Of a stretch of DNA of 64,000 nt, positions 47,112 through 54,740 are shown in pieces (the stretch's first letter is position 1; each line of letters opens with the position of its first letter). The DNA is from a virus. Its lineage: Duplodnaviria > Caudoviricetes. Under the pieces are notes generated by a model. The model worked only from the letters and a program-made list of their open reading frames with translations. It was not told where the DNA came from and ran no database searches. The stretch is from positions 2,086 to 66,085 of IMG/VR virus record IMGVR_UViG_3300036766_000439, one strand, 5' to 3'. The position numbers and the translations under genes are program-made.

Positions 47112-47501
47112 ATGCCAATCCCAAAAACACTCAGTCCCCGTCCCGCTCGTTGGCTCTTGCGTCTGTGGGCTAAGGCGTGGCTGGACGGTGAGCCAGCGCC
47201 GCTCGCCTACCAACCGCAGCACCTCTGGAGCGATGGCACATTCGAGATGTGGGCCAACCTCGGCGAACCGACGAGCTCGAAGCGAGTCACGCGCGAGCGG
47301 CTCGCGATATATCTCGCACTCCACCCCGGCGAAAAAGTGCGCGTGCTGAAAATCGTGAGCGCCACCGAGGTGGTCGATGTCACGGATTTTCTGCCGAACG
47401 GCGAGGATGACGCACGGCCGCTCGGGGCCGTTGCGTCTGGCGCGTGGTTGGGAAAGCCCTCTGAAAATCTCACGAAAACAACGAACACCAAAGATGCATG
47501 A
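47112..47501 (+). CDS. Cassette hypothetical protein
   Basis: Reads through attC 47393-47453. Confidence 0.55.
   Translation: MPIPKTLSPRPARWLLRLWAKAWLDGEPAPLAYQPQHLWSDGTFEMWANLGEPTSSKRVTRERLAIYLALHPGEKVRVLKIVSATEVVDVTDFLPNGEDDARPLGAVASGAWLGKPSENLTKTTNTKDA
47393..47453 (-). repeat. attC (short family)
   Basis: Minus strand: TCCCAAC-CACGC-GCCAGACG-CAACGGCC-loop-GGCCGTG-CGTCATC-CTCGCC-GTTCGGC. Confidence 0.85.
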
Positions 47502-48303
47502 GCTGGCACTATTCGCAGGCGCTGGCGGCGGCATACTCGGGGGCAAACTCCTCGGGTGGACTACCGTCTGCGCCGTCGAATGGAATGAATACGCCCGTCG
47601 CGTGCTCCTCGCCCGACAAGACGACGGGAGCCTGCCCGCCTTCCCTATCTGGGACGACGTGCAAACCTTCGACGGACGACCGTGGCGCGGTCTGGTGGAT
47701 GTCGTGTCTGGCGGCTTCCCGTGCCAAGACATCAGCGTGGCCGGAACCGGCAAAGGGCTCGACGGAGAAAAAAGCGGGCTGTGGTCGGAAATGGCCCGAA
47801 TCATTGGCGAGGTGGGACCGCGGCACGTGCTCGTGGAGAACTCGCCAGCTCTCACTTTTCGGGGGGGCACCCGAGTGCTTGGAGACCTTGCCTCGATGGG
47901 GTATGATGCGCGATGGGGAATTGTGGGAGCAACCCACACCGGCGCTCCACACGAAAGGGAGCGCATGTGGATCGTGGCCGACTCTATCCGCGAACGAAGC
48001 GCGGAACGGCTGGCAGGACCGAAGCGGTGCGAAGAAAGGGAAGCAAGAGTCGCTGACGACGGTGCTACAGCGCCAGATGGGGCGGAAAACCGGCGAGCCG
48101 TGGCATGGTGGGCATCTGAACCCAGCGTGGGCCGAATGGTTCATGGGCTGGCCAATCGGATGGACCGACTGCGCTGCACCGGCAATGGACAGTCTCCGCC
48201 AGTGGTGCGACTCGCTTGGCGGCTTCTTTCAACGTCCGAAAACCAAGGAGGCCGCGTAGGGCTTCCCAACGCAGAGCTATCCGATGGCACGGCGAACATC
48301 TAA
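47494..48303 (+). CDS. C5 cytosine DNA methyltransferase (main chain)
   Basis: LFAGAGG (I), GFPCQD (IV), VENS (VI), HERERMW (VIII), GNGQ (X). Confidence 0.9.
   Translation: MHELALFAGAGGGILGGKLLGWTTVCAVEWNEYARRVLLARQDDGSLPAFPIWDDVQTFDGRPWRGLVDVVSGGFPCQDISVAGTGKGLDGEKSGLWSEMARIIGEVGPRHVLVENSPALTFRGGTRVLGDLASMGYDARWGIVGATHTGAPHERERMWIVADSIRERSAERLAGPKRCEEREARVADDGATAPDGAENRRAVAWWASEPSVGRMVHGLANRMDRLRCTGNGQSPPVVRLAWRLLSTSENQGGRVGLPNAELSDGTANI
47498..48259 (+). CDS. Overlapping +1-frame polypeptide carrying C5-MTase motif IX
   Basis: 253-aa ORF nested in the MTase, ending LNPAWAEWFMGWPIGWTD. Confidence 0.6.
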   Translation: MSWHYSQALAAAYSGANSSGGLPSAPSNGMNTPVACSSPDKTTGACPPSLSGTTCKPSTDDRGAVWWMSCLAASRAKTSAWPEPAKGSTEKKAGCGRKWPESLARWDRGTCSWRTRQLSLFGGAPECLETLPRWGMMRDGELWEQPTPALHTKGSACGSWPTLSANEARNGWQDRSGAKKGKQESLTTVLQRQMGRKTGEPWHGGHLNPAWAEWFMGWPIGWTDCAAPAMDSLRQWCDSLGGFFQRPKTKEAA

Positions 48304-48392
48304 GACTATGAGCAAGCCAAAAACTAAACGCAAACCCGCAACAGTCGCAACTGCCGAGGCCAAGTGCCATTCGGATCGGCGATTGGTTGGGT
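48264..48392 (-). repeat. attC
   Basis: TCCCAAC..GCTATCCGATGGCAC...GTGCCATTCGGATCGGC..GTTGGGT. Confidence 0.8.
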
Positions 48393-48703
48393 GCGTCGTT
48401 ACGAAACAGGGCGGCCCAATCCTCAACGAAGGATATGTGTGCGCCGCCGGTGACAATATCGCCGCCATCGAAATAGACATGAAATCAAAGCGGTGTGAGG
48501 TCATGGCCGAATCATCGACGGAAGATGGGGCGCCGGTGATATGGTTAGATGGAACAAACGCGCTGCATCTGAAAAAAGGCCACGAAAAAGAAGAAACAGA
48601 AGTAGCGTTTCCAGACTACAGGGGCTGGCGAATCTTCTCAGCCAATGTCTGCCGATACACCTTCCGCCTATGCTTCGTGCGGGATGAATCGCCTTACAAA
48701 TAA
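48308..48703 (+). CDS. Cassette hypothetical protein
   Basis: ATG in the attC loop (MSKPKTKRK). Confidence 0.65.
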   Translation: MSKPKTKRKPATVATAEAKCHSDRRLVGCVVTKQGGPILNEGYVCAAGDNIAAIEIDMKSKRCEVMAESSTEDGAPVIWLDGTNALHLKKGHEKEETEVAFPDYRGWRIFSANVCRYTFRLCFVRDESPYK

Positions 48704-48787
48704 GATGAGCCACGACCCCGCCACCCTCGACGTGAGCATGTTCCCAACGGCCCCAGCGGGGTCGTTGGCTCTGGCGGCTGGTTCGCC
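48691..48787 (-). repeat. attC (variant R' GTAAGGC)
   Basis: GATGAGCCACGACCCCGC...GCGGGGTCGTTGGCTCTGGC-GGCTG-GTTCGCC. Confidence 0.75.
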
Positions 48788-49067
48788 TCCGTTTCGCGTG
48801 CAGCTATCACGCCGGCGTGGTTGGCGAAAGCCGCCAAACTGCGTTGTGGTCGCGCGCCCGTCCCGATGGGGCAACCCGTGGCGCGTCGGAGAATACGGCT
48901 CCGCTGTCGAATGCGTGGCTCGATACGAGCGTGCGATCCGTGACGGACGATTTACAAACGAGGTGGACGACCTGCGCCAACTGCGTGGGAAAAACCTCGC
49001 GTGCTGGTGTTCTCTTGGGGAGCCGTGTCATGCGGACGTGCTTCTTTCTTTGGCGAACCGGGGATGA
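48705..49067 (+). CDS. DUF4326-like protein
   Basis: RPSRWGNPW...LRGKNLACWC...PCHADVL; start inside the attC (48705 or 48738). Confidence 0.8.
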   Translation: MSHDPATLDVSMFPTAPAGSLALAAGSPPFRVQLSRRRGWRKPPNCVVVARPSRWGNPWRVGEYGSAVECVARYERAIRDGRFTNEVDDLRQLRGKNLACWCSLGEPCHADVLLSLANRG

Positions 49068-49177
49068 GCTACACGGCCCGAAAACCAAATGACTCTATGA
49101 CCACTGAAAATATCCAACCACCCAATACGCTAGCCGAAGCCCCCGATGGCCGTGTTAGCTCTGGCCCCTCGTTAGGC
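49052..49177 (-). repeat. attC
   Basis: GGCGAAC..GATGAGCTACACGGCC...GGCCGTGTTAGCTCTGGC..GTTAGGC. Confidence 0.8.
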
Positions 49178-49555
49178 TCTTTGATCGAATCGCTCGCCTT
49201 TGAGTCCAAGCAGCCGGACAGAGGCTACACGGTCCGCGCAAGCTACCTCAATGAGCCCCGCAAGCAGGACGCGCTAATCGAAATCTTCAAAGACTCTAAA
49301 CCGCTGCGGGCCTTCTTCTTTCCGGCCTACAAGGTATGGAACATCGCCGCACACTTCCGCGACATCGTGGACGGTGAAATCGCCGGTGATAGCAGCGGCT
49401 ACGAAATGGCCGCGTGGGACGGAATCACCAACAGCATAATCCTGCTCCCGCGTGAGCAAGCCCAACGCCTCGGCCAGAGCCACGGCCGCTCGGGGCCGTT
49501 GGCTCTGGCCGAATGTTCGAAATGCCGGCCTCCGACTCTGGAAAATGCCTCCTGA
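49097..49555 (+). CDS. Cassette hypothetical protein
   Basis: ATG in the attC loop; FPAYKVWNIAAHF.DIV; reads through the next attC. Confidence 0.65.
   Translation: MTTENIQPPNTLAEAPDGRVSSGPSLGSLIESLAFESKQPDRGYTVRASYLNEPRKQDALIEIFKDSKPLRAFFFPAYKVWNIAAHFRDIVDGEIAGDSSGYEMAAWDGITNSIILLPREQAQRLGQSHGRSGPLALAECSKCRPPTLENAS
49460..49521 (-). repeat. attC (short family)
   Basis: GCCCAAC..GCCAGAGCCACGGCC-GCTCGG-GGCCGTTGGCTCTGGC..GTTCGAA. Confidence 0.85.
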
Positions 49556-49562
49556 AATATAA

Positions 49563-49615
49563 TGCACAATGTGCAAGAAAAAGCTTGCAATCGTCTGCAC
49601 AACGTGCATAGTCCT
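49563..49615 (+). promoter_or_regulatory. Cassette-internal promoter with two palindromic operators
   Basis: TGCACAATGTGCA (49563) and TGCACAACGTGCA (49596) flank TTGCAA (49585). Confidence 0.6.
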
Positions 49616-49657
49616 AAGTCATGGAGGCAATCAAGCCTCCCCGAAAAAAAATCAAAA

Positions 49658-49915
49658 ATGAACGCTCTGAAATCCACCTACCGCGCCATGAATGCCGTGA
49701 TGCCCTCCGAATGCTTTCTTGCCGACAATATGCCGGTCCCGACGCCCGCCGATAACCTGAAAAAGCACCTCGCGGGTGTAGCCGCTGAGACGCTCGACGA
49801 GATCATTGAGGCCACGGGCTACGCTGCAAACGGGGTCGCGGTCGGATACGATGCCCAGCGCGATGCGGACATCAACTCCGCCGCTCGCCGCGAACTCGCC
49901 CGCCGCCTCGCATGA
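49658..49915 (+). CDS. Hypothetical protein (first gene of two-gene cassette)
   Basis: A-rich leader; ATGA overlap with the HTH gene. Confidence 0.65.
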   Translation: MNALKSTYRAMNAVMPSECFLADNMPVPTPADNLKKHLAGVAAETLDEIIEATGYAANGVAVGYDAQRDADINSAARRELARRLA

Positions 49916-50157
49916 GCTTCGCGGACCAACTCAAAAAGGCCCGCGAAAAAGCGGGCCTCTCCATCGCGGACGCCGCCAAAGGGCGCGGCGTTTCGCCGCG
50001 CACCTGGGCGTATTGGGAAGCCGGCTTGCGGCTCCCGCCAGCCGAGCGGGACGCGATCACGCGGGAGCGTCTTCTTTCGTCGCTCACCAAAGAGCGTTCG
50101 CCCGGTCCGTCGAACACCAGAGATAATCCAGCTGACCGAGCCCCGCGCGATGAATAG
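49912..50157 (+). CDS. XRE HTH protein
   Basis: FADQLKKAREKAGLS..DAA...GVS.RT...WEAG. Confidence 0.85.
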   Translation: MSFADQLKKAREKAGLSIADAAKGRGVSPRTWAYWEAGLRLPPAERDAITRERLLSSLTKERSPGPSNTRDNPADRAPRDE

Positions 50158-50205
50158 CACGCAAAACGAACAATCGGTCAGCTTGGCTTTGGCGACTCGT
50201 TAGGC
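50109..50205 (-). repeat. attC
   Basis: GTCGAAC..CCAGCTGACCGA...TCGGTCAGCTTGG..GTTAGGC. Confidence 0.75.
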
Positions 50206-50234
50206 GTCCGAAAAAATCTCAACCAACACTCAAA

Positions 50235-50810
50235 ATGAACGCATCACTCGAAGGAATAACAGCCGCGAAGCAGATCGCTTCTTCTTATCCGCAAGCAAAC
50301 ATCAACGCCGAAGCCGTCGCGCAACTTATCGACGCGAACTTTGCGCGCGTCCGCGACGCTTTCAACTTCGCGAGAACGCGCGAGGAACTAACCGCGACCT
50401 ACGGCAAGCCGACGCGCACAAGCGCAATCCTCCGAATCGAAATCCGTATCTTGCCGCTGGTGGAAGACCGGCCGGTGCGGAGCACAAAACCTGAAACCTC
50501 ACGATCAGCCGGACAGGGTCTAGCGTCTGGTTCGCCTTTTCGGACGGCACCGGACAGGCAAAAAAAACAAATGCACGGCGCGACCGGAATCTTCCTGCGC
50601 GCCATCGGGCAAGATGGCCGCTGGGGCTCATACGACATGGCCGAACTCGATGCGGACAGCCTGACGGCATGGCTCAAGCTGGACGGCGGCGACAACCCGC
50701 TTGCCGAGAACTGCGTTCGCATCCTCCTCGGACACCCGCAGATTCAGGCGAACGACGCGCTATGCCAGCCCGCACCTGCGGCGCGGCATTCCACGGGCGT
50801 TACCGATTAA
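50235..50810 (+). CDS. Read-through fusion of two cassette ORFs
   Basis: Crosses the degenerate attC 50454-50535; the second part starts MHGATGIF at 50571. Confidence 0.5.
   Translation: MNASLEGITAAKQIASSYPQANINAEAVAQLIDANFARVRDAFNFARTREELTATYGKPTRTSAILRIEIRILPLVEDRPVRSTKPETSRSAGQGLASGSPFRTAPDRQKKQMHGATGIFLRAIGQDGRWGSYDMAELDADSLTAWLKLDGGDNPLAENCVRILLGHPQIQANDALCQPAPAARHSTGVTD
50454..50535 (-). repeat. Degenerate attC, near-identical to 51600-51682
   Basis: About 80-bp direct repeat ending GGGTCTAGCGTCTGGTTC; lacks the AAC box. Confidence 0.65.
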
Positions 50811-50853
50811 ACGGACGCGGCCAATAGGGATTGGCATCAGCAACTTGTTAAGC
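50747..50853 (-). repeat. attC
   Basis: GGCGAAC..GCTATGCCA...TTGGCATCAGC-AACTT-GTTAAGC. Confidence 0.7.
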
Positions 50854-50881
50854 GGCGAACAACGAAAACCAAAAAGAAAAT

Positions 50882-51073
50882 ATGAACGGAGAAACAAAAA
50901 CACTGAATCACGAGCAGTTCCTGCAAACGTATCTGCTCAATCGCGCACTCGCACACGTCGGCGGCCTCGATGCTCCCTACGCGGTGGAAACTGGTGAGGA
51001 AGGCTGGCAGAAAATCCAGCGCATCATCGCCAAAGACCCGAAGAACCAAAACGACAAATCTGGAACCCCCTAA
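50882..51073 (+). CDS. Cassette hypothetical protein
   Basis: Stop TAA inside the CCCTAAC box. Confidence 0.6.
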   Translation: MNGETKTLNHEQFLQTYLLNRALAHVGGLDAPYAVETGEEGWQKIQRIIAKDPKNQNDKSGTP

Positions 51074-51174
51074 CGTTCAAGATGAGCTGACGCGGCGAGC
51101 CGCCCTGAAAAATCCATGAACTCGAAAGCCAACCACGAAGCCCTGTCCGCGTCAGATCGGGCGGCGGGTTCGGC
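51068..51174 (-). repeat. attC, near-identical to 53085-53191
   Basis: GATGAGCTGACGCGG...CCGCGTCAGATCGGGC..GTTCGGC. Confidence 0.85.
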
Positions 51175-51367
51175 GCATAAAACTCCCGAGGGCGTGCTGG
51201 TGTGCGCTCGCTGCAATGCCGAAATGGAGTGGGAAGACTGCTCTGCCTGCGGCGGCGACGGATTCTTCGCCGGCCACGAGGAAGACCCGAACTGGTATCA
51301 TCCGGGCGAACTGGTGGCCTGCCGCCAGTGCGGCGGAACTGGCGGCGCCGGACATGGGAATTTATGA
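51116..51367 (+). CDS. Cassette Zn-finger (CxxCxGxG) protein
   Basis: CSACGGDG, CRQCGGTG; ATG in the attC loop; possibly truncated. Confidence 0.65.
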   Translation: MNSKANHEALSASDRAAGSAHKTPEGVLVCARCNAEMEWEDCSACGGDGFFAGHEEDPNWYHPGELVACRQCGGTGGAGHGNL

Positions 51368-51567
51368 AGCCTGAACTCGAAGCGAATAATACAAATGCGC
51401 CAAGCGGCGTTCTGCTCCGCCCGGTTGTTGGGTCGGCGAAACTGGAGCGTATAGACGATGCAATTCAGCGGCTGAGAAAAGGCATCGCGGAATGCAATGA
51501 GCGGATCTATGAAAAAGCCTTGGCCGACTTTGGAAATGAAACCAAGGACGGGAACGCCGGCCAATAA
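51364..51567 (+). CDS. Cassette hypothetical protein
   Basis: Starts in a half attC that ends GTTGGGT at 51433. Confidence 0.5.
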   Translation: MKPELEANNTNAPSGVLLRPVVGSAKLERIDDAIQRLRKGIAECNERIYEKALADFGNETKDGNAGQ

Positions 51568-51572
51568 ATTTC

Positions 51573-51836
51573 ATGCGCACAAACCAAAAACCCCCCGCCC
51601 CGCTGGTGGAAGACTGGCCGGTGCGGAGCGCAAAACCTGAAACCTCACGATCAGCCGGACAGGGTCTAGCGTCTGGTTCTGGTCTGTCTTTCTCGAAAAA
51701 TAATCCCGACAAGCGCACCGGCTACTGGTGCGGAGATTGTGGCCACGCGATGCGCTACAACGTGCCGCGGCTTGGGCCTGCTGGCGGTTTCGTCCACGCC
51801 GCCACTTCCAGCCTTCGGTGTGGAGCGCCAGCATAA
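51573..51836 (+). CDS. Cassette hypothetical protein
   Basis: N-terminus encoded by degenerate attC 51600-51682; CGDC..RYNVPRLG. Confidence 0.55.
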   Translation: MRTNQKPPAPLVEDWPVRSAKPETSRSAGQGLASGSGLSFSKNNPDKRTGYWCGDCGHAMRYNVPRLGPAGGFVHAATSSLRCGAPA

Positions 51837-51851
51837 TAACCGAAAAACAAA

Positions 51852-52133
51852 ATGAGCAAAGACCCACTCCATATCTACCTTGCGAAAGAGCGCGCCAATG
51901 GCGCATATAGCTTCTTGCTGCGCGTCCAACCGCCGCGCTACATCGGCGACACCGAAGTGCGCTTCGCGATCCACCCCGAGCTGCAATCGGGCGAGACGAA
52001 TGACTACTCGGTTAGCGAAGACCCGGAGCGGCGCGATGCAGACTTCCTCTACAACCTCGCGGCGGCCCCCGATCCGGATATCGAGAAATTTCTCGCGACG
52101 CTGCGCGATCTCCGGCTTCCACACTCCACCTGA
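51852..52133 (+). CDS. Hypothetical protein
   Basis: A-rich leader, 93 aa. Confidence 0.6.
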   Translation: MSKDPLHIYLAKERANGAYSFLLRVQPPRYIGDTEVRFAIHPELQSGETNDYSVSEDPERRDADFLYNLAAAPDPDIEKFLATLRDLRLPHST

Positions 52134-52134
52134 T

Positions 52135-52461
52135 ATGAAAACTACAAAAAACGTGCGCGTGGCCATCTTGGCTCTAGCGCTTTGCGAGGCCTGCTGGGCG
52201 TCCGAGAAAATCGTGACCGCCGGCGGAACCGATTTCTCGCACGTGCAGAAGATGCTGGACGACGGATGGACCGTGAAGGCATCCCATGCGGTCGTAGCCG
52301 AGACCACGGCCTACGGAAACCACCGGATCGAAAATCTGCTTCACGTCTTCACGCTCGCGTCGCCGCCGGCCGAAACCTTGGCCGCACTGGAACGAAAGCG
52401 CGCCGCCGAAGCGAAGGCCGTTTTTGAACGAAAGCGCGCCGAGTCGCGAGACCGGCGGTGA
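52135..52461 (+). CDS. Putative secreted protein
   Basis: MKTTKNVRVAILALALCEACWA signal-like N-terminus; LDDGWTVK. Confidence 0.6.
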   Translation: MKTTKNVRVAILALALCEACWASEKIVTAGGTDFSHVQKMLDDGWTVKASHAVVAETTAYGNHRIENLLHVFTLASPPAETLAALERKRAAEAKAVFERKRAESRDRR

Positions 52462-52488
52462 ATGCGTGCGCGGAGATCATCTTTCTTT

Positions 52489-52612
52489 GCCGAACGTCGC
52501 GTATCAGCCAGTCGGCGGGGAAGCCTCAACCAAATCGAAATCCAATGAACGAAAATCCTGAATCTTCAAATCGCGTGCCCGTAGCCGGCCTGGCTGGGGC
52601 GATTTGTTCGGC
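52489..52612 (-). repeat. attC
   Basis: GCCGAAC..TATCAGCCAGTCGGC...GCCGGCCTGGCTGGGGC..GTTCGGC. Confidence 0.75.
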
Positions 52613-52805
52613 TCTTATCTGTGCCGCACTGACAATCGGCGTGGCGCTTTGCGCTTTCGGAGTGATTCCGTGGCCAAGCGAAGCGTCCTTCAAATGGTGG
52701 TGCGCCGCCCATGTGATTTCTTTCACGGCTGGACTGCACGCTACACGGTCCTTGCCAAACGACCAAGCTCAAGCACGCCGGACTGGGGGCGTGGATTGCA
52801 AGTGA
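52545..52805 (+). CDS. Cassette membrane protein
   Basis: ATG in the attC loop; two hydrophobic segments. Confidence 0.6.
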   Translation: MNENPESSNRVPVAGLAGAICSALICAALTIGVALCAFGVIPWPSEASFKWWCAAHVISFTAGLHATRSLPNDQAQARRTGGVDCK

Positions 52806-52842
52806 GACGCTATCCGGCGTTGCTTGCAGCGCATGGTTAGGC
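52754..52842 (-). repeat. attC
   Basis: Minus strand: GCCTAAC-CATGC-GCTGCAAGCAACGCCGGA...TCCGGCGTGCTTGAGC-TTGGTC-GTTTGGC. Confidence 0.9.
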
Positions 52843-52856
52843 CACAACGAAAATCT

Positions 52857-53090
52857 ATGACTGACAAATTCACAGGCAAACCAATTGATAAACTATCTGA
52901 CCGCTTGCCGCATCCGAACGGCGGACGCTGCGAAACCTGCGGCACTGAAACAATAGACCACTGCCCGGTGTGCCGTGCGCCTCAATGCTGCCCAAGCTGC
53001 TGCGCCGATGCGATGACGGAAGGCACGCGCCAAGACAGCGAACAGGCTGCAAGGTCTGGCCTCGCACACACGCACGCCTATGTGGCCTAA
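52857..53090 (+). CDS. Cassette Cys-rich protein
   Basis: CETC..CPVC..CCPSCC; stop in GCCTAAC. Confidence 0.65.
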   Translation: MTDKFTGKPIDKLSDRLPHPNGGRCETCGTETIDHCPVCRAPQCCPSCCADAMTEGTRQDSEQAARSGLAHTHAYVA

Positions 53091-53191
53091 CGAAAAAGAT
53101 GAGCTGACGCGGCGAGCCGCCCTGAAAAATCCATGAACTCGAAAGCAAACCACGAAGCCCTGTCCGCGTCAGCTCGGGCGGCAGGTTCGGC
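53085..53191 (-). repeat. attC, near-identical to 51068-51174
   Basis: Three substitutions after the first spacer; encodes a 25-aa leader peptide (53133-53210). Confidence 0.85.
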
Positions 53192-53206
53192 AGGCTTGGA
53201 AAAAAC

Positions 53207-53581
53207 ATGAATACAAAAACAGCAAGAGAACTTCTCGGCATAGTCGAAAGCGAGTGCCCGGAAGTCGCCGAAGGAAATGCGCGTGAAATTATCCGCGGTG
53301 CATTCACGGAATCGCCATCGTGGGCTCTCCGGGTTCGGCGCGGCGTCCCGCTAATCGAGCACGCGGTGACCCCGGTCGGTGCCGATGATCCGTGGATAGA
53401 GGCCACCGTATCCGTGGAAAGATTCTTCCGGCATGAAATGTGGGAAATCTACGAAAAAGAACTCGATGACGCCGCAAAGGTGAGGCTCGCGAAAACCCTT
53501 GAGCGGGCTGCGAAACGCATCCGCGCGACTTTGCCCAACACCGTGGTCAGAGACGGCCCGCTCGGGGGCCGTTCTCTGTAG
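53207..53581 (+). CDS. Cassette hypothetical protein (duplicate of 7600 ORF core)
   Basis: See repeat 7632-7958. Confidence 0.7.
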   Translation: MNTKTARELLGIVESECPEVAEGNAREIIRGAFTESPSWALRVRRGVPLIEHAVTPVGADDPWIEATVSVERFFRHEMWEIYEKELDDAAKVRLAKTLERAAKRIRATLPNTVVRDGPLGGRSL

Positions 53582-53594
53582 CACTTGGTTGGGC
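53533..53594 (-). repeat. attC (short family)
   Basis: GCCCAAC..GGTCAGAGACGGCCC-loop-GGGCCGTTCTCTGTAGC..GTTGGGC. Confidence 0.85.
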
Positions 53595-53620
53595 CTCCGA
53601 TTTTCAACTCAAAAACCACA

Positions 53621-53884
53621 ATGAAATACCGAAAGAAACCTGCAGTAATCGAAGCCATGCTCTTCACGGCTGAAACGCTGGATGAATGCGTGGCCTTCTG
53701 CGGCGGTAACTACGAATACCGCAACGCATCGTGCCCCGCTCCGCACGGCGAAGTCATCGAAATCAAAACGCTCGAAGGCGTGATGATGGCAACGCCGGGC
53801 GACTGGATCATCAAGGGCGTGAAGGGCGAGTTCTACCCGTGCAAACCAGACATCTTCGCCGCCACCTACGAGGCCGTTCTTTGA
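53621..53884 (+). CDS. Conserved phage protein (PGDYG-like)
   Basis: MKYRKKP.VIEA...TLEG.M.A..GDWIIKGVKGEFYPCKPDIF..TYE. Confidence 0.85.
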   Translation: MKYRKKPAVIEAMLFTAETLDECVAFCGGNYEYRNASCPAPHGEVIEIKTLEGVMMATPGDWIIKGVKGEFYPCKPDIFAATYEAVL

Positions 53885-53888
53885 ATTG

Positions 53889-54003
53889 TCCCAACGCCAA
53901 GGTCAGCGAATCCGCCACATGAACGTCTCTGCCACATACGCTCTTAACCTGACGCCATCGACCGAGGACGGACGGGCGGATTCGCTGTGCCGCCTGGTTC
54001 AGC
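53889..54003 (-). repeat. attC
   Basis: TCCCAAC..GTCAGCGAATCCGCC...GGCGGATTCGCTGTGC..GTTCAGC. Confidence 0.8.
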
Positions 54004-54013
54004 TTTTCTCAAA

Positions 54014-54256
54014 ATGCACGCATACCTAAACAACCAGCGCAATCGCGAGCTGGAAAAGCTCACGCCCGCGATGTGGCGGATGCTTTTCGACATCCGCGAC
54101 CACGACGACCCAGGATATTCGCTGCGCGGAATGTCCGCGCACGGTGGCGCGAGTGGCACAAGCGCCGCGCTCCGCAAACGCGGACTGATGATCGGCGACA
54201 AACTCACCGCTCTCGGCTCCGCCGTGACCTACGTCGAATGGCGCGGCGCTTTCTAA
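54014..54256 (+). CDS. Cassette hypothetical protein (wHTH-like)
   Basis: ALRKRGL....LTALG. Confidence 0.6.
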   Translation: MHAYLNNQRNRELEKLTPAMWRMLFDIRDHDDPGYSLRGMSAHGGASGTSAALRKRGLMIGDKLTALGSAVTYVEWRGAF

Positions 54257-54361
54257 ACTGAACGACCAAGCTGAGCGACCGGAATGAGCGCGCTAGAGAC
54301 ATCCAATTGCAACGACGACGTGGCCGCGCTCAGTCCGGTTCGCTCCAGCGCGTGGTTAGCA
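54257..54361 (-). repeat. attC
   Basis: Minus strand: TGCTAAC-CACGC-GCTGGAGC-GAACCGGA...TCCGGTC-GCTCAGC-TTGGTC-GTTCAGT; textbook layout. Confidence 0.9.
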
Positions 54362-54392
54362 CGTCCGGCCTTTTGCGTCCGAAAAGAAATGC

Positions 54393-54420
54393 TTGCAATA
54401 ACCCAACGCTCGGTTATTGT
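54393..54420 (+). promoter_or_regulatory. Cassette-internal promoter overlapped by inverted repeat
   Basis: TTGCAA-16-TATTGT with CAATAACC-N8-GGTTATTG. Confidence 0.6.
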
Positions 54421-54428
54421 GGCGGCGC

Positions 54429-54740
54429 ATGAAAACAACCAAACTCGAAATGGGCCTGATGAAACTTCAGGCGGAAACGCCTGCCGAATCTCAGGCAATC
54501 TGCGGCATCATCGAAATGAACTCAAAGCTGATGCCTGCCGCAGTGGTCAACAACCACGGCTGTCGGCAGGTCGGGAAAAAATACCTGAACTGGTGTCTCA
54601 TCCCCGATGGTCACTTGGATGGAACGTGCCGCAAGAAACACCTGGAAGGCGACGGGTGCGACTGCCTGAAAGACGGCATCAAAGCGGGACTCAAGAAATG
54701 GGGCAAGCTGCCGTGGAACTACGTCTTCAAACGCGCATGA
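54429..54740 (+). CDS. Hypothetical protein (first gene of two-gene cassette)
   Basis: Cys/His-containing, 103 aa. Confidence 0.65.
   Translation: MKTTKLEMGLMKLQAETPAESQAICGIIEMNSKLMPAAVVNNHGCRQVGKKYLNWCLIPDGHLDGTCRKKHLEGDGCDCLKDGIKAGLKKWGKLPWNYVFKRA

Noticed and set aside
52566-52847. Minus-strand ORFs starting PNHALQAT, PNQSPEPT and similar as the real cassette genes
   Set aside because: These are translations of attC top strands; all recognisable protein families lie on the plus strand.
53214-53540. DGR template/variable repeat pair with 7632-7958
   Set aside because: No reverse transcriptase is seen, there are only two mismatches, and the boundary coincides with the attC crossover.
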